Notes under the pieces: model-generated
The model's input: only the letters and a program-made list of their open reading frames with translations
Database searches by the model: none
What the model was told of the DNA's origin: nothing
Origin: a virus
DNA: 64,000 nucleotides
IMG/VR virus record: IMGVR_UViG_3300035670_000028
Location: 64,001 to 128,000 of that record
Strand: one strand, 5' to 3'
Shown here: piece after piece, positions 26,441 through 34,659 of the stretch
How the letters are laid out: each line of letters begins with the position of its first letter
Numbering within the stretch: position 1 is the stretch's first letter
Position numbers and translations under genes: made by a program

Positions 26441-27640
26441 ATGCCCTACACAATCAAGAAAGAGAAGTGCAAGAAGTCAGACGGAGGCAGCGGCAGTCAC
26501 AGGCTTCGATACACGGATAAGAGCGGAAAGAAGCACAGCTCCTGTCACTCATCCAAGAAGAGCGCGCAGGGATCAATTGCAGCGATAGAGATGCGTCGAG
26601 AGGAAGACGAGATGAGTGTTAGGGAGGAAGTAATGTCTGAGATCTTATTGAGAGAGTCTATTCGTGTAATTTTAAGTGAAGCAGGCAATCTGTCAGCACG
26701 AGAAATGCAGAATAGAGCAAAGCGTTGGGATATCTTTCTACAAAAGATGAAAGAGAAGTCTCCGTTTTTTGATCTTGAAGACAATCAGTTTGTAATACCT
26801 GTCGCAGGAAATAAAGCACTTGTTTCAGCTCTCAAAACACAGGATCCTGATGCATACAATGCTGCATTTCAAAGTGGAATTACAACGATTCCTCCTGGAT
26901 CGATTTCGACTCCTTCTAATCTTAAGAAAACACCAGAGTTTGGAGGGCTGGCATCGGGTGCTAGACTAGCAAAAGAGCAAGGACAAATCGATCAAATACA
27001 GGCAGCACTTGACTTAGTTTCTCCTGTCAATGTGTTTGTTGGAAACAAGAAGGCAAAAAATGTTGTTGCAGTTCAAAAAGTAGAAGGTACTCCAAAAGCA
27101 GATGCAGTTTTAGTCGATGAAGCAGGTAAAAAGGTTGCAGCTATATCTCTAAAAGATGCAGATACTCCTACACAGATGCAGCAGTGGGGAGGAATCGATA
27201 ACTACGCTGATCATCCTGAAGTTATTGATTTCGTAAATGATCTTAAGGCAGTGCATGCAAATTCGCCCACAGGCAGAATTGAAACTGCATATTTTCGAAA
27301 GCTGAATGATCCTGAATTAGCTAGAAAAATATGTTATGGAAATGGCACAAGCTTTGAAAACAATTGTGACATGATTATTGCGTCCCAGGCACCAATTCAG
27401 ATTAGTAGTTCAGGAAAAATAACAGCAACGAATATATTCTATGCGCCAGAAATACCGTCTGGTGAATGGGCACCTACTTTTTGGGCAACTTGGCGCACTG
27501 GCCGTGGTAAAAATCTGGGTCTAACAGATATTCGAGTTGGAGTTTATCCTCTTGCCTGGGGAAGCACAAGAGCAAACGAGCCGCTCCCATCATCTAAAAA
27601 ATCTGCACGTACGACTAGATCAAGTAAAACCTCTAGATAA
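26441..27640 (+). CDS. PD-(D/E)XK-like nuclease with basic N-terminal module
   Basis: GTPKADAVL...ISLK...QQWGG; lower GC; internal LRESIRVILSE tag. Confidence 0.55.
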   Translation: MPYTIKKEKCKKSDGGSGSHRLRYTDKSGKKHSSCHSSKKSAQGSIAAIEMRREEDEMSVREEVMSEILLRESIRVILSEAGNLSAREMQNRAKRWDIFLQKMKEKSPFFDLEDNQFVIPVAGNKALVSALKTQDPDAYNAAFQSGITTIPPGSISTPSNLKKTPEFGGLASGARLAKEQGQIDQIQAALDLVSPVNVFVGNKKAKNVVAVQKVEGTPKADAVLVDEAGKKVAAISLKDADTPTQMQQWGGIDNYADHPEVIDFVNDLKAVHANSPTGRIETAYFRKLNDPELARKICYGNGTSFENNCDMIIASQAPIQISSSGKITATNIFYAPEIPSGEWAPTFWATWRTGRGKNLGLTDIRVGVYPLAWGSTRANEPLPSSKKSARTTRSSKTSR

Positions 27641-27659
27641 ACACAGCGAGTAGCTACAA

Positions 27660-27929
27660 ATGAAAAATTCATTAAGAACATCGATAAGAACAATTCTCAA
27701 GGAAGAGATCACCTCTGCCGACAAGAAGGAGATCGAGAAGATCGCCCGAAAGCAGGCAGAACTTACTCTCAGCCGCGAGCTTGGCCCGGACGTCATGAAG
27801 ACCATTCGCGCTGAGGTCGAGAAGGTGACTGAGAAGACGCTCGGCGGCAAGGAGTCCCAGGCTCAGATCGAGGAGCTCGTGGTGGCAGTTGTCAAGCGCC
27901 TCTACAAGGACATCACGGTCGGCAGGTGA
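27660..27929 (+). CDS. Tagged putative virion protein
   Basis: LRTSIRTILKEE. Confidence 0.6.
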   Translation: MKNSLRTSIRTILKEEITSADKKEIEKIARKQAELTLSRELGPDVMKTIRAEVEKVTEKTLGGKESQAQIEELVVAVVKRLYKDITVGR

Positions 27930-28098
27930 CCAAGGAAGACCTCAAGTGGCCGCTAGGCCTCGTGCTCATGCTGTATATGCTGGGCTTCGCCCTGTACAGC
28001 AAGTTGTGCTGATGCCAGAGGTCCTATAGGACATCCGATTGCCGACCATGGTTATACCCATTCGTCGGATTCGAATCAATCTGTGATCATTCTGGGGG

Positions 28099-28929
28099 TT
28101 ACAGAATCGATCTGATGAGGGCTCGAAGCAGGGCCTCCGACTGCACCTTTGCTCCGCGCCGCTCGAGTGGGCAGCCGGCTGCGATCGATTGTGAGAGGAT
28201 CGTGCCGATCTCCCGCTTGGCAGCGTCGGACATTGGTGGGAGAAGAGCTGAGAATCCCTTGATGTCGCCCTTGCACAGCATGTCTCTCATCTTGGTGCCG
28301 CTGATCTCCACGGTTGCAGTCCTGGGTATACCAACTCCTTGGATGCAGGGTGCCTCGCAGTCAGCTCCCACGCCAGCCCACAGGTCACCGAACTGCGCCC
28401 TCATCGCCTCGTCCGGATAGTTGCCCACGATGTCCACACTGTCGGAGTAGATGCTGATCACAGTCTCGTCGACCCGTGCCGTCACATTGAGGTAGGGCAC
28501 TCTAAATGACTCACTTCCTGCGTCATATGCAGCCTTGAATGCCTCACACACCTCGAACACGTTCCTCACCGGTGCTGGGCCCACGCCGTCGTCTGGAGTG
28601 AGCAGCCTCACGCTGCTGGGAAGGTCGAGATTCGGTTTGAGAATGTTGGTCCAGATGTACTTCATGTCCGCCCCGAACACAGGGGTCTCACCGGGAGCGG
28701 GCACCTCAATCTTGCGGCCACCCTTTGTGAGAGGCCTCTTATCTGATGGGTCCTTGACCGACTTTGTGCCGCGACCAGAGTAGGAGATGAACACACCCAC
28801 CACGTCGTTCTCAGGAAGGGCTAGCTCCTTCGCAGCCTCTGTGACCCTTAGCCCTGCTGAGATCTGCACCAGCATGTGGTGCCCCGCGTGGTAGGGCTTC
28901 GCGCTCATAGGTACCAGACCAATTTTCAT
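28099..28929 (-). CDS. HIGH-family nucleotidyltransferase (cytidylyl/adenylyltransferase-like)
   Basis: KPYHAGH and ISGTKMR motifs; C-terminal LLRALIRSIL tag. Confidence 0.8.
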   Translation of the reverse strand: MKIGLVPMSAKPYHAGHHMLVQISAGLRVTEAAKELALPENDVVGVFISYSGRGTKSVKDPSDKRPLTKGGRKIEVPAPGETPVFGADMKYIWTNILKPNLDLPSSVRLLTPDDGVGPAPVRNVFEVCEAFKAAYDAGSESFRVPYLNVTARVDETVISIYSDSVDIVGNYPDEAMRAQFGDLWAGVGADCEAPCIQGVGIPRTATVEISGTKMRDMLCKGDIKGFSALLPPMSDAAKREIGTILSQSIAAGCPLERRGAKVQSEALLRALIRSIL

Positions 28930-28940
28930 GTGTTCTCTCC

Positions 28941-28977
28941 GGAGTATACTTAGCTGTGACAGCCATAACTATACTCC
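28941..28977. promoter_or_regulatory. Palindromic divergent late-promoter region
   Basis: GGAGTATA...TATACTCC inverted repeat carrying ATACTTA (+) and ATAGTTA (-). Confidence 0.5.
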
Positions 28978-28998
28978 TGACCTGTCAAGAGATAACAG

Positions 28999-30279
28999 AT
29001 GAACGAGAGGCAGCTAAGAGGTGTGATACGACAGATTCTGCATGAGCAGAAAAGTCGAAGGACTCTTCTAGAGTACGGAGACGATGGCGATGGCGATGGC
29101 GGTGCACTCTATAAAGCATTTGTATCTCCATTTGTTGATGTCCTTCAGGCAACTAAACTCGCGAGTCAAGGCATTCTCAACTCGATCAAGCTTGTTTTTA
29201 AGACACTAATCACGCTAAGTCCAAAGAAGCTTGTTGAGGCTCGAAATGACTACACAAAAGTCAAAGACACTCTAGACAAGGAATGGGGGCCTCTCATGAA
29301 GAAGGCCAGAGACTCTGTCGAGAACAGCGACTTTGGTCTTGTCACATTTGCAGTTGCTCCGAATCTATTTTTCGGGTATCAGCTTGCAAAGTTTGGAGCT
29401 GACGCGCCAGGAACCGTTGTTGATTATTTTGAGGGTGCTGGGTGGGACGTTCCTCTGGGTGAGTGGATAAGAAAGACACCCGATGAGAGAGACTCAAGTG
29501 GTAGAGGCGGAGGAGGACGTGACGATGATGAAAGTGAGGGTGGCATAATGAAGTCCCTCCGAACGTTCTTCTTTGGTGAGGGTGTTAGTAGCAAGATTGG
29601 ACCTGACGGAAGACTGCTAAGCGAGGCAGAAGAGGATGAGAAAAAGCAAGACAAATCAGGCCTCTCTAAGTCCAACATCAATGAGAAGATTAACGAATAC
29701 TTTGCAGAGACGGGCTTCGATAAGACGCTCGATGATCTAGCCGATCAGTTTGTGAAAGCAAAGCAAAATCACGCTGATAAGCTTGTTGCAGCCTCTAAGC
29801 AGCAGACAGACACTCTCAAGGCATTCGCAGCTGCGAAGGACATCCCTGAGTTCGAGAAGGTTATTGAGTCCTCAAAGAAGCTCGGCGCTGATGTCTCAGA
29901 AATACAGAAGAAAATTGATGAGCTCAAGAGAGACATCACAAAGAAGTCTGAGGATCTGCTCGAAGATCCAAAGTTCAAGGAAGACATCAAGAAGAAAGCA
30001 AAGGGAAAAGAGCTTTCAGATGCCGACATGAAAAAGGCTACAGAAAATGCAGCAGCTAAGGCTGCTGAAGAGGCCATTGGTGAGCTCAAGAAAAGCGTGA
30101 GTGATGCCCTTAAAGAGTCATTCGACCAGATAAAAAAGCAGATACGAGATGAGCTGACAGATGACATGCCAGATCAAAAGAGCCCATTCTACAAGGCATT
30201 TGCCGCATCACCTCGCGGTAAAGAGATTCTTGCAATAGTCGATAAAGCAGTCAACTCTGTGGGTCCCACCGGTGGATGA
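28999..30279 (+). CDS. Tagged putative virion-internal protein
   Basis: QLRGVIRQILHE; LLE/LSE motifs; helical, Lys-rich. Confidence 0.65.
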   Translation: MNERQLRGVIRQILHEQKSRRTLLEYGDDGDGDGGALYKAFVSPFVDVLQATKLASQGILNSIKLVFKTLITLSPKKLVEARNDYTKVKDTLDKEWGPLMKKARDSVENSDFGLVTFAVAPNLFFGYQLAKFGADAPGTVVDYFEGAGWDVPLGEWIRKTPDERDSSGRGGGGRDDDESEGGIMKSLRTFFFGEGVSSKIGPDGRLLSEAEEDEKKQDKSGLSKSNINEKINEYFAETGFDKTLDDLADQFVKAKQNHADKLVAASKQQTDTLKAFAAAKDIPEFEKVIESSKKLGADVSEIQKKIDELKRDITKKSEDLLEDPKFKEDIKKKAKGKELSDADMKKATENAAAKAAEEAIGELKKSVSDALKESFDQIKKQIRDELTDDMPDQKSPFYKAFAASPRGKEILAIVDKAVNSVGPTGG

Positions 30280-30472
30280 TCTCCGCCTAATCATTCGTGA
30301 GATTCTGCTCGAGGAGTTCATCGGCAACAAGGGCGGAGTGAACTACTACCAGATGGGTGGCTCTATCGGAAAACCTGAGCTCTACAATCTAGACTCCAAG
30401 GGAAGGCCCACAAGAGATCCGGGCGTCCCAGGACTCAAAAAGCGTAAGAGAAACAGAAAACGCAAAGAGTGA
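30272..30472 (+). CDS. Small tagged basic protein
   Basis: LRLIIREILLEE; basic C-terminus. Confidence 0.6.
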   Translation: MDDLRLIIREILLEEFIGNKGGVNYYQMGGSIGKPELYNLDSKGRPTRDPGVPGLKKRKRNRKRKE

Positions 30473-30495
30473 CTCAAATATTTAGGAAAGACGCC

Positions 30496-31422
30496 ATGAA
30501 TAGAAGAGAAGAGCAGGTAATCCGCGATTACGTTCGAATGCAGTTGATAGAGCAGCGTCTACACGAGGCGTCGCAGGGAATGCTAACAAAAGCACTCGAG
30601 ACTGTCACTGATAAGATTGAGTCCGTTCTGAGCAATCTCAGGCAGCTAGGCGGCGATCGCAAAGAGCTACTAGACACGCTCAAGAAGAACGATGGAACTG
30701 AAGCCCTGTCTGCTATTCAGAAACAGGGTGGTGATCTCACAAAACTTGTGAGTGTCCTAAAGACTGCTACACCTGAGCTCAAGGAGGGCACGAGAGCCCA
30801 CCGACGTCACCTCCTCGCAGAGGCTAGAATGCGAGTAACAGACAGGAGGGTGCTCATCAATGAGTCACTGACACTTTTTGCTGCAACAGGGCTAGTGTTT
30901 GCAATCATTGGTGGAATTCCACTTGTGCTTAAAGCACTGGGATGGATTGTTGGTAAGACAAAGTTTAAGTCAGCAGCAGAGAAGATAAACAAGGCAGCTG
31001 AGTTCTTCCATCACCTCGAAGAGGCGTGGATGAGTCTCATTCCAAATAAGCCGCTCTACGCTGTCTACATAATGCTCGAGAGTAAAAATGAACCGGAGCG
31101 TGTTGCGAATCTCAAGATATATGAAGAGGATCCAGAGAATCCTGTTAAGGGCGGCGTTGGATCCAGATCAATGACATTTGAGGAATTTGAAAAGTCAAAG
31201 CTGAAAGTTAAGTACGAGAAGTACGCTTACGCAATCATTATGCTGCCGTGGCTCATAAGCGGTCTCACACAGCTCCATCATGCACTGCATGGGTGGCTTG
31301 GTGCGGTGGAAGCCGCTGCCACCGCTGAGAAGACGTTGTTTGTGGGCACTGCCACTGCCGATGTTGTGACAAAGGGTGCTGCAGAGCTATCTGCTGCTGC
31401 TAAAGCGCTGTCTTCTGTCTGA
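30496..31422 (+). CDS. Putative virion/ejection protein with hydrophobic helices
   Basis: LIE/LHE/LKE/INE motifs followed by TM-like segments; ATATTTA at 30478. Confidence 0.6.
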   Translation: MNRREEQVIRDYVRMQLIEQRLHEASQGMLTKALETVTDKIESVLSNLRQLGGDRKELLDTLKKNDGTEALSAIQKQGGDLTKLVSVLKTATPELKEGTRAHRRHLLAEARMRVTDRRVLINESLTLFAATGLVFAIIGGIPLVLKALGWIVGKTKFKSAAEKINKAAEFFHHLEEAWMSLIPNKPLYAVYIMLESKNEPERVANLKIYEEDPENPVKGGVGSRSMTFEEFEKSKLKVKYEKYAYAIIMLPWLISGLTQLHHALHGWLGAVEAAATAEKTLFVGTATADVVTKGAAELSAAAKALSSV

Positions 31423-31479
31423 TTTACAGATCTTCTGCGCACATTACTATTCTCTGAGATTTCTATCCTGGAGAGCGTA

Positions 31480-31845
31480 ATGTCGAAGACTGGCAAATCA
31501 AAGAAGTGGGTCCCACAAATTGAGTATGAGGAGGCAGAGAACGGCCTCACGTCCAACATACCATTTATCACTGTTCCAGACGGTGAGGAGATGCCTAGGA
31601 TGCTCTTCGTCTTTGAGTCAAGGGACACGGGCGAGATCGAGCCAGGTCCGGAGGGTGAGGATGTGCCTGTGGTCGAGCTCAACCTGCATCAGTACGTGAA
31701 CATGGTAAACCTGAAGATGGGTCTCACACCTGCTGAGTACGATAGAGTGCGGTTTGTTCTCGGCCTCGATCCCCTGAAGAAGGCTGAAGAGGCGGGCAAG
31801 AAGATAACAGATGCGGTTCGAAAGAAGGTTGAAGGATCTAACTGA
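31480..31845 (+). CDS. Hypothetical protein
   Basis: TTTACA-N16-TACTAT at 31423-31450; GGAG RBS. Confidence 0.65.
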   Translation: MSKTGKSKKWVPQIEYEEAENGLTSNIPFITVPDGEEMPRMLFVFESRDTGEIEPGPEGEDVPVVELNLHQYVNMVNLKMGLTPAEYDRVRFVLGLDPLKKAEEAGKKITDAVRKKVEGSN

Positions 31846-31851
31846 CTTCAA

Positions 31852-31879
31852 TGTAAACGATGCGAACTTCACATATAAT
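31852..31879 (+). promoter_or_regulatory. TGTAAA-N16-TATAAT promoter
   Basis: Matches the recurring motif. Confidence 0.6.
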
Positions 31880-31906
31880 TCCTTGCGGCTCTAGCAAGGA
31901 ATACTA

Positions 31907-32569
31907 GTGGCATCAATTACAAGAGATATTGCAGTAAAGTCAATTCAGAGAATGACGCAGTTTCACAAAGAGACGAATGATCTCTTTGAGAAGTATGGCA
32001 TGGATCTACTCTCTGATCTCGGAAGAAGAAATACTCTACTCTCTACTGCGCAAGAAAAATTCTTTAGTGATTCACTGAGAGAATCAGGCTATACTGTTTC
32101 CAGCGATGGTAGACCAGGACAGCCTGATATCATTGTGACAGATCCTGTAACAGGTCACACTTCTGAGCTAGAGTGCAAGCTAACAACTAGAAACTCGTCA
32201 GGCGGTGTTGTTCTTCAGACAGATTATGAGACGCTGCAGAAGAAAGGGACACTCGACTACCTCTACGTGATTGCCAGCCCTGAGTTCACAGAGTTCTGTG
32301 TGCTATACTTCACAGGACTCACGTCGGATGACTTCAGGGTGCCGGCTGCTGGCTCTAGAGGCAAGGCGGGCATGGTCAAGCACCGGTGCTACAACAAAGC
32401 AACTGTTCTTATGGGTGAGTACAGGAGCCTGAGAGCTGATAATCTGTCACGCCTCGAATCGCTCATGGCGTCCAAAATTCCTCCGTGGAAGAGAAAAAAG
32501 TGTGAGAAGTCTCTAGAGTATTGGCGTTCAGCACCCGATCGGCATAGTGTTGTGCTGGAAACAATCTGA
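31907..32569 (+). CDS. PD-(D/E)XK restriction-endonuclease-like protein
   Basis: QEKF...GQPDII...ELECK...DYLYV. Confidence 0.6.
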   Translation: MASITRDIAVKSIQRMTQFHKETNDLFEKYGMDLLSDLGRRNTLLSTAQEKFFSDSLRESGYTVSSDGRPGQPDIIVTDPVTGHTSELECKLTTRNSSGGVVLQTDYETLQKKGTLDYLYVIASPEFTEFCVLYFTGLTSDDFRVPAAGSRGKAGMVKHRCYNKATVLMGEYRSLRADNLSRLESLMASKIPPWKRKKCEKSLEYWRSAPDRHSVVLETI

Positions 32570-32614
32570 CAACACGCATAGTTAGATTGGACACCAATAT
32601 ACTGGAGAATTTCT

Positions 32615-33115
32615 ATGAAGTTTGACGCAGATCGTTTCGCAAAGCTCGCAGGCCTTCCAGCTAGTGACAAGGCTGGGGCAGCTGCACCAAAGTCCTCCGC
32701 CTCGCGCTCTGTTATGACTGAGGGCCGCCGCGCTGCAAGGGCAAAGGCTCCCGTGCTCAATGAGTCTGCAGAGGTTCAGAAGCTTCGTGCTATCATTCGC
32801 AGAGAGACTCTCTCTGTCATCAAGGAGATGCGCGAGGGCGCACTCAGCAGGGTTCAGGGGAAGAAGTCTCTGAACGAGGCGGTCACAATGGGCTTCTACG
32901 GTCCAGGGTTCGGTGGCAAGTCCTTTATCCTCGGCGGTCCAATGACCTCAGCTTCTCGTTTCGCCAGCCTCAAGGAAGTTGACGAGATGGACGAGGTCGA
33001 CGAGATGGACGAGGTCGACGAGATGGACGAGGTCGACGAGATGGACGAGGTCGACGAGATGGACGAGGCAGACGACAAGCATGAGATGGACGAGGCAGAC
33101 GACGACGAAGAGTGA
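32615..33115 (+). CDS. Putative scaffold/virion protein with acidic repeat tail
   Basis: RFAKLAGL, KLRAIIRRE, LNE motifs, (DEMDEV)n. Confidence 0.65.
   Translation: MKFDADRFAKLAGLPASDKAGAAAPKSSASRSVMTEGRRAARAKAPVLNESAEVQKLRAIIRRETLSVIKEMREGALSRVQGKKSLNEAVTMGFYGPGFGGKSFILGGPMTSASRFASLKEVDEMDEVDEMDEVDEMDEVDEMDEVDEMDEADDKHEMDEADDDEE
32981..33070 (+). repeat. 18-bp coding tandem repeat
   Basis: GACGAGATGGACGAGGTC x4 plus one imperfect copy. Confidence 0.95.
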
Positions 33116-33185
33116 TCTGATCTAGTTACATCTGCTTATACAATCGACTCACCTCCGAGTACAATATTGCTTGAGGTGAGTCGAA

Positions 33186-33590
33186 ATGCATAGTGTAGGT
33201 GATATTGTATTCATCGTCTCGAACAAGAAACGCCAGGTCTTTCCTGTGCAGGTCGTCGAGCAGGTGATTAGAAAGACACTTGAGGGTGAGCAGGTCACCT
33301 ACAAGGTGAAGATTCCTGGTGCAGACACCAAGCCTGTCGATCTGCACGCAATCGATGGTACCGTTCACTTGTCACTCAAGGCTGTGCGGGAGTTCCTGTA
33401 CTCTCAGGCGACAAGTGCAATCGATGAAGTCGTTAGCACTGCCCAGGAGCTGTGTGCCTCATTTGGGGGCGAACCTGACAACGGTCATGTGACTGAGGCA
33501 GCTGCACACGAGAACGGCGCGTCCAACAAGGTAAAAGTGAAGCTAAGTGACGGGACCAGTGCAACGGTGACCCTACCTGATGTACAGTGA
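33186..33590 (+). CDS. Hypothetical protein (SH3-like N-terminus)
   Basis: SVGDIVF; TATACA-N17-TACAAT at 33137-33165; GAGGTG RBS. Confidence 0.65.
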   Translation: MHSVGDIVFIVSNKKRQVFPVQVVEQVIRKTLEGEQVTYKVKIPGADTKPVDLHAIDGTVHLSLKAVREFLYSQATSAIDEVVSTAQELCASFGGEPDNGHVTEAAAHENGASNKVKVKLSDGTSATVTLPDVQ

Positions 33591-33594
33591 TAAC

Positions 33595-34413
33595 ATGGCA
33601 GAACGCAAGACTCGAGTGCTCCTGATCGACGGTTACAACATGCTCCACCGCTCACGGAGCGGCTGGACAAAGGGCGAGAATCCCATCATCTTCAACTTCT
33701 TCAGGTCCTTCCGTGCTGTCGTGGACAAGTTCAAGCCTGACGTCACCTACTTCGTCCTCGAGGGGCGACCTGTCAAGCGGCTCGAGACGATGGCCGAGTA
33801 CAAGGGGCAGCGCGAGTACCACGACCGCGACGACTTCAAACGACAGCGCAAGTGGATCATCCAGAAGCTCAAGGAACGCTTCCCGGTTCGTGTGGTTCGG
33901 CACCCCCACTACGAGTGCGACGACGTCCTCGCCGCGCTTGCAACAGTGCGTCACCCTGACGCCGACTGTGTCGTGGTGTCCTCTGACACCGACTTCCACC
34001 AGCTCCTCCAGAGCCACAAGAGCCTCAAGCTGTTCAATCCCGTCAAGAAGGAGTTTGTTCAGACGCCGGAGCACGACTACGTGGTCTGGAAGGCCCTCCG
34101 CGGTGACTCGTCCGACAACATTCCCGGCTTCAAGGGTATCGGTGACAAGCGCGCCCTGCAGCTCGTTTCCGATCCTGCTGCCCTCGAGGAGTTTCTCGCC
34201 GAGCCCGGCAATCGCGAGCTGTTCGACCGCAATATCAGCATGATCAGGTTCCACGACCTCAGCGCAGAGCTGTCTGCTCTCGAGACGCACTTCTGCGACG
34301 CCGAGGTCGACTGGCAGTCTGTTCGGACTGACTTCAATGACATGAAGTTCTTCTCCATCACGACTCCCAAGTCCTGGGACAAGTTCGTCAAGACATTCGA
34401 CAGCCTCACCTGA
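33595..34413 (+). CDS. 5'-3' exonuclease / T4 RNase H-like flap nuclease
   Basis: LIDGYN, YKGQR, ECDDV, SSDTDFHQL, GDSSDNIPG.KGIG. Confidence 0.93.
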   Translation: MAERKTRVLLIDGYNMLHRSRSGWTKGENPIIFNFFRSFRAVVDKFKPDVTYFVLEGRPVKRLETMAEYKGQREYHDRDDFKRQRKWIIQKLKERFPVRVVRHPHYECDDVLAALATVRHPDADCVVVSSDTDFHQLLQSHKSLKLFNPVKKEFVQTPEHDYVVWKALRGDSSDNIPGFKGIGDKRALQLVSDPAALEEFLAEPGNRELFDRNISMIRFHDLSAELSALETHFCDAEVDWQSVRTDFNDMKFFSITTPKSWDKFVKTFDSLT

Positions 34414-34464
34414 TTTACCCAGCGCAGCGTGCAGATAGGATTTCTGCATTCCACGGAGGTATGT

Positions 34465-34659
34465 ATGACAGCTCGTAAGCCGGTGAGTGACCGGGATCTT
34501 GTATCACTTAGACAGCGCGGCCTGATCCTCGCTGAAGAGACTGCTTTCTGGCAGGACGGCGTTCTAACAGTAGAAAACCTTATCAATAAGCAGCAGAGGC
34601 TACTGACAGTCGATGTCAGCACTCTACTAGAGTCAAATAGAAGGGTGCTAAAGGGCTGA
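34465..34659 (+). CDS. Hypothetical protein
   Basis: GGAGG RBS; C-terminal LLES..RVLKG. Confidence 0.6.
   Translation: MTARKPVSDRDLVSLRQRGLILAEETAFWQDGVLTVENLINKQQRLLTVDVSTLLESNRRVLKG

Noticed and set aside
27926-28012. 28-aa hydrophobic micro-ORF (type I toxin-like)
   Set aside because: Too short to support; no clear RBS or antisense element.
32981-33070. Tandem repeat as CRISPR or iteron array
   Set aside because: No spacers; it is an in-frame coding repeat.
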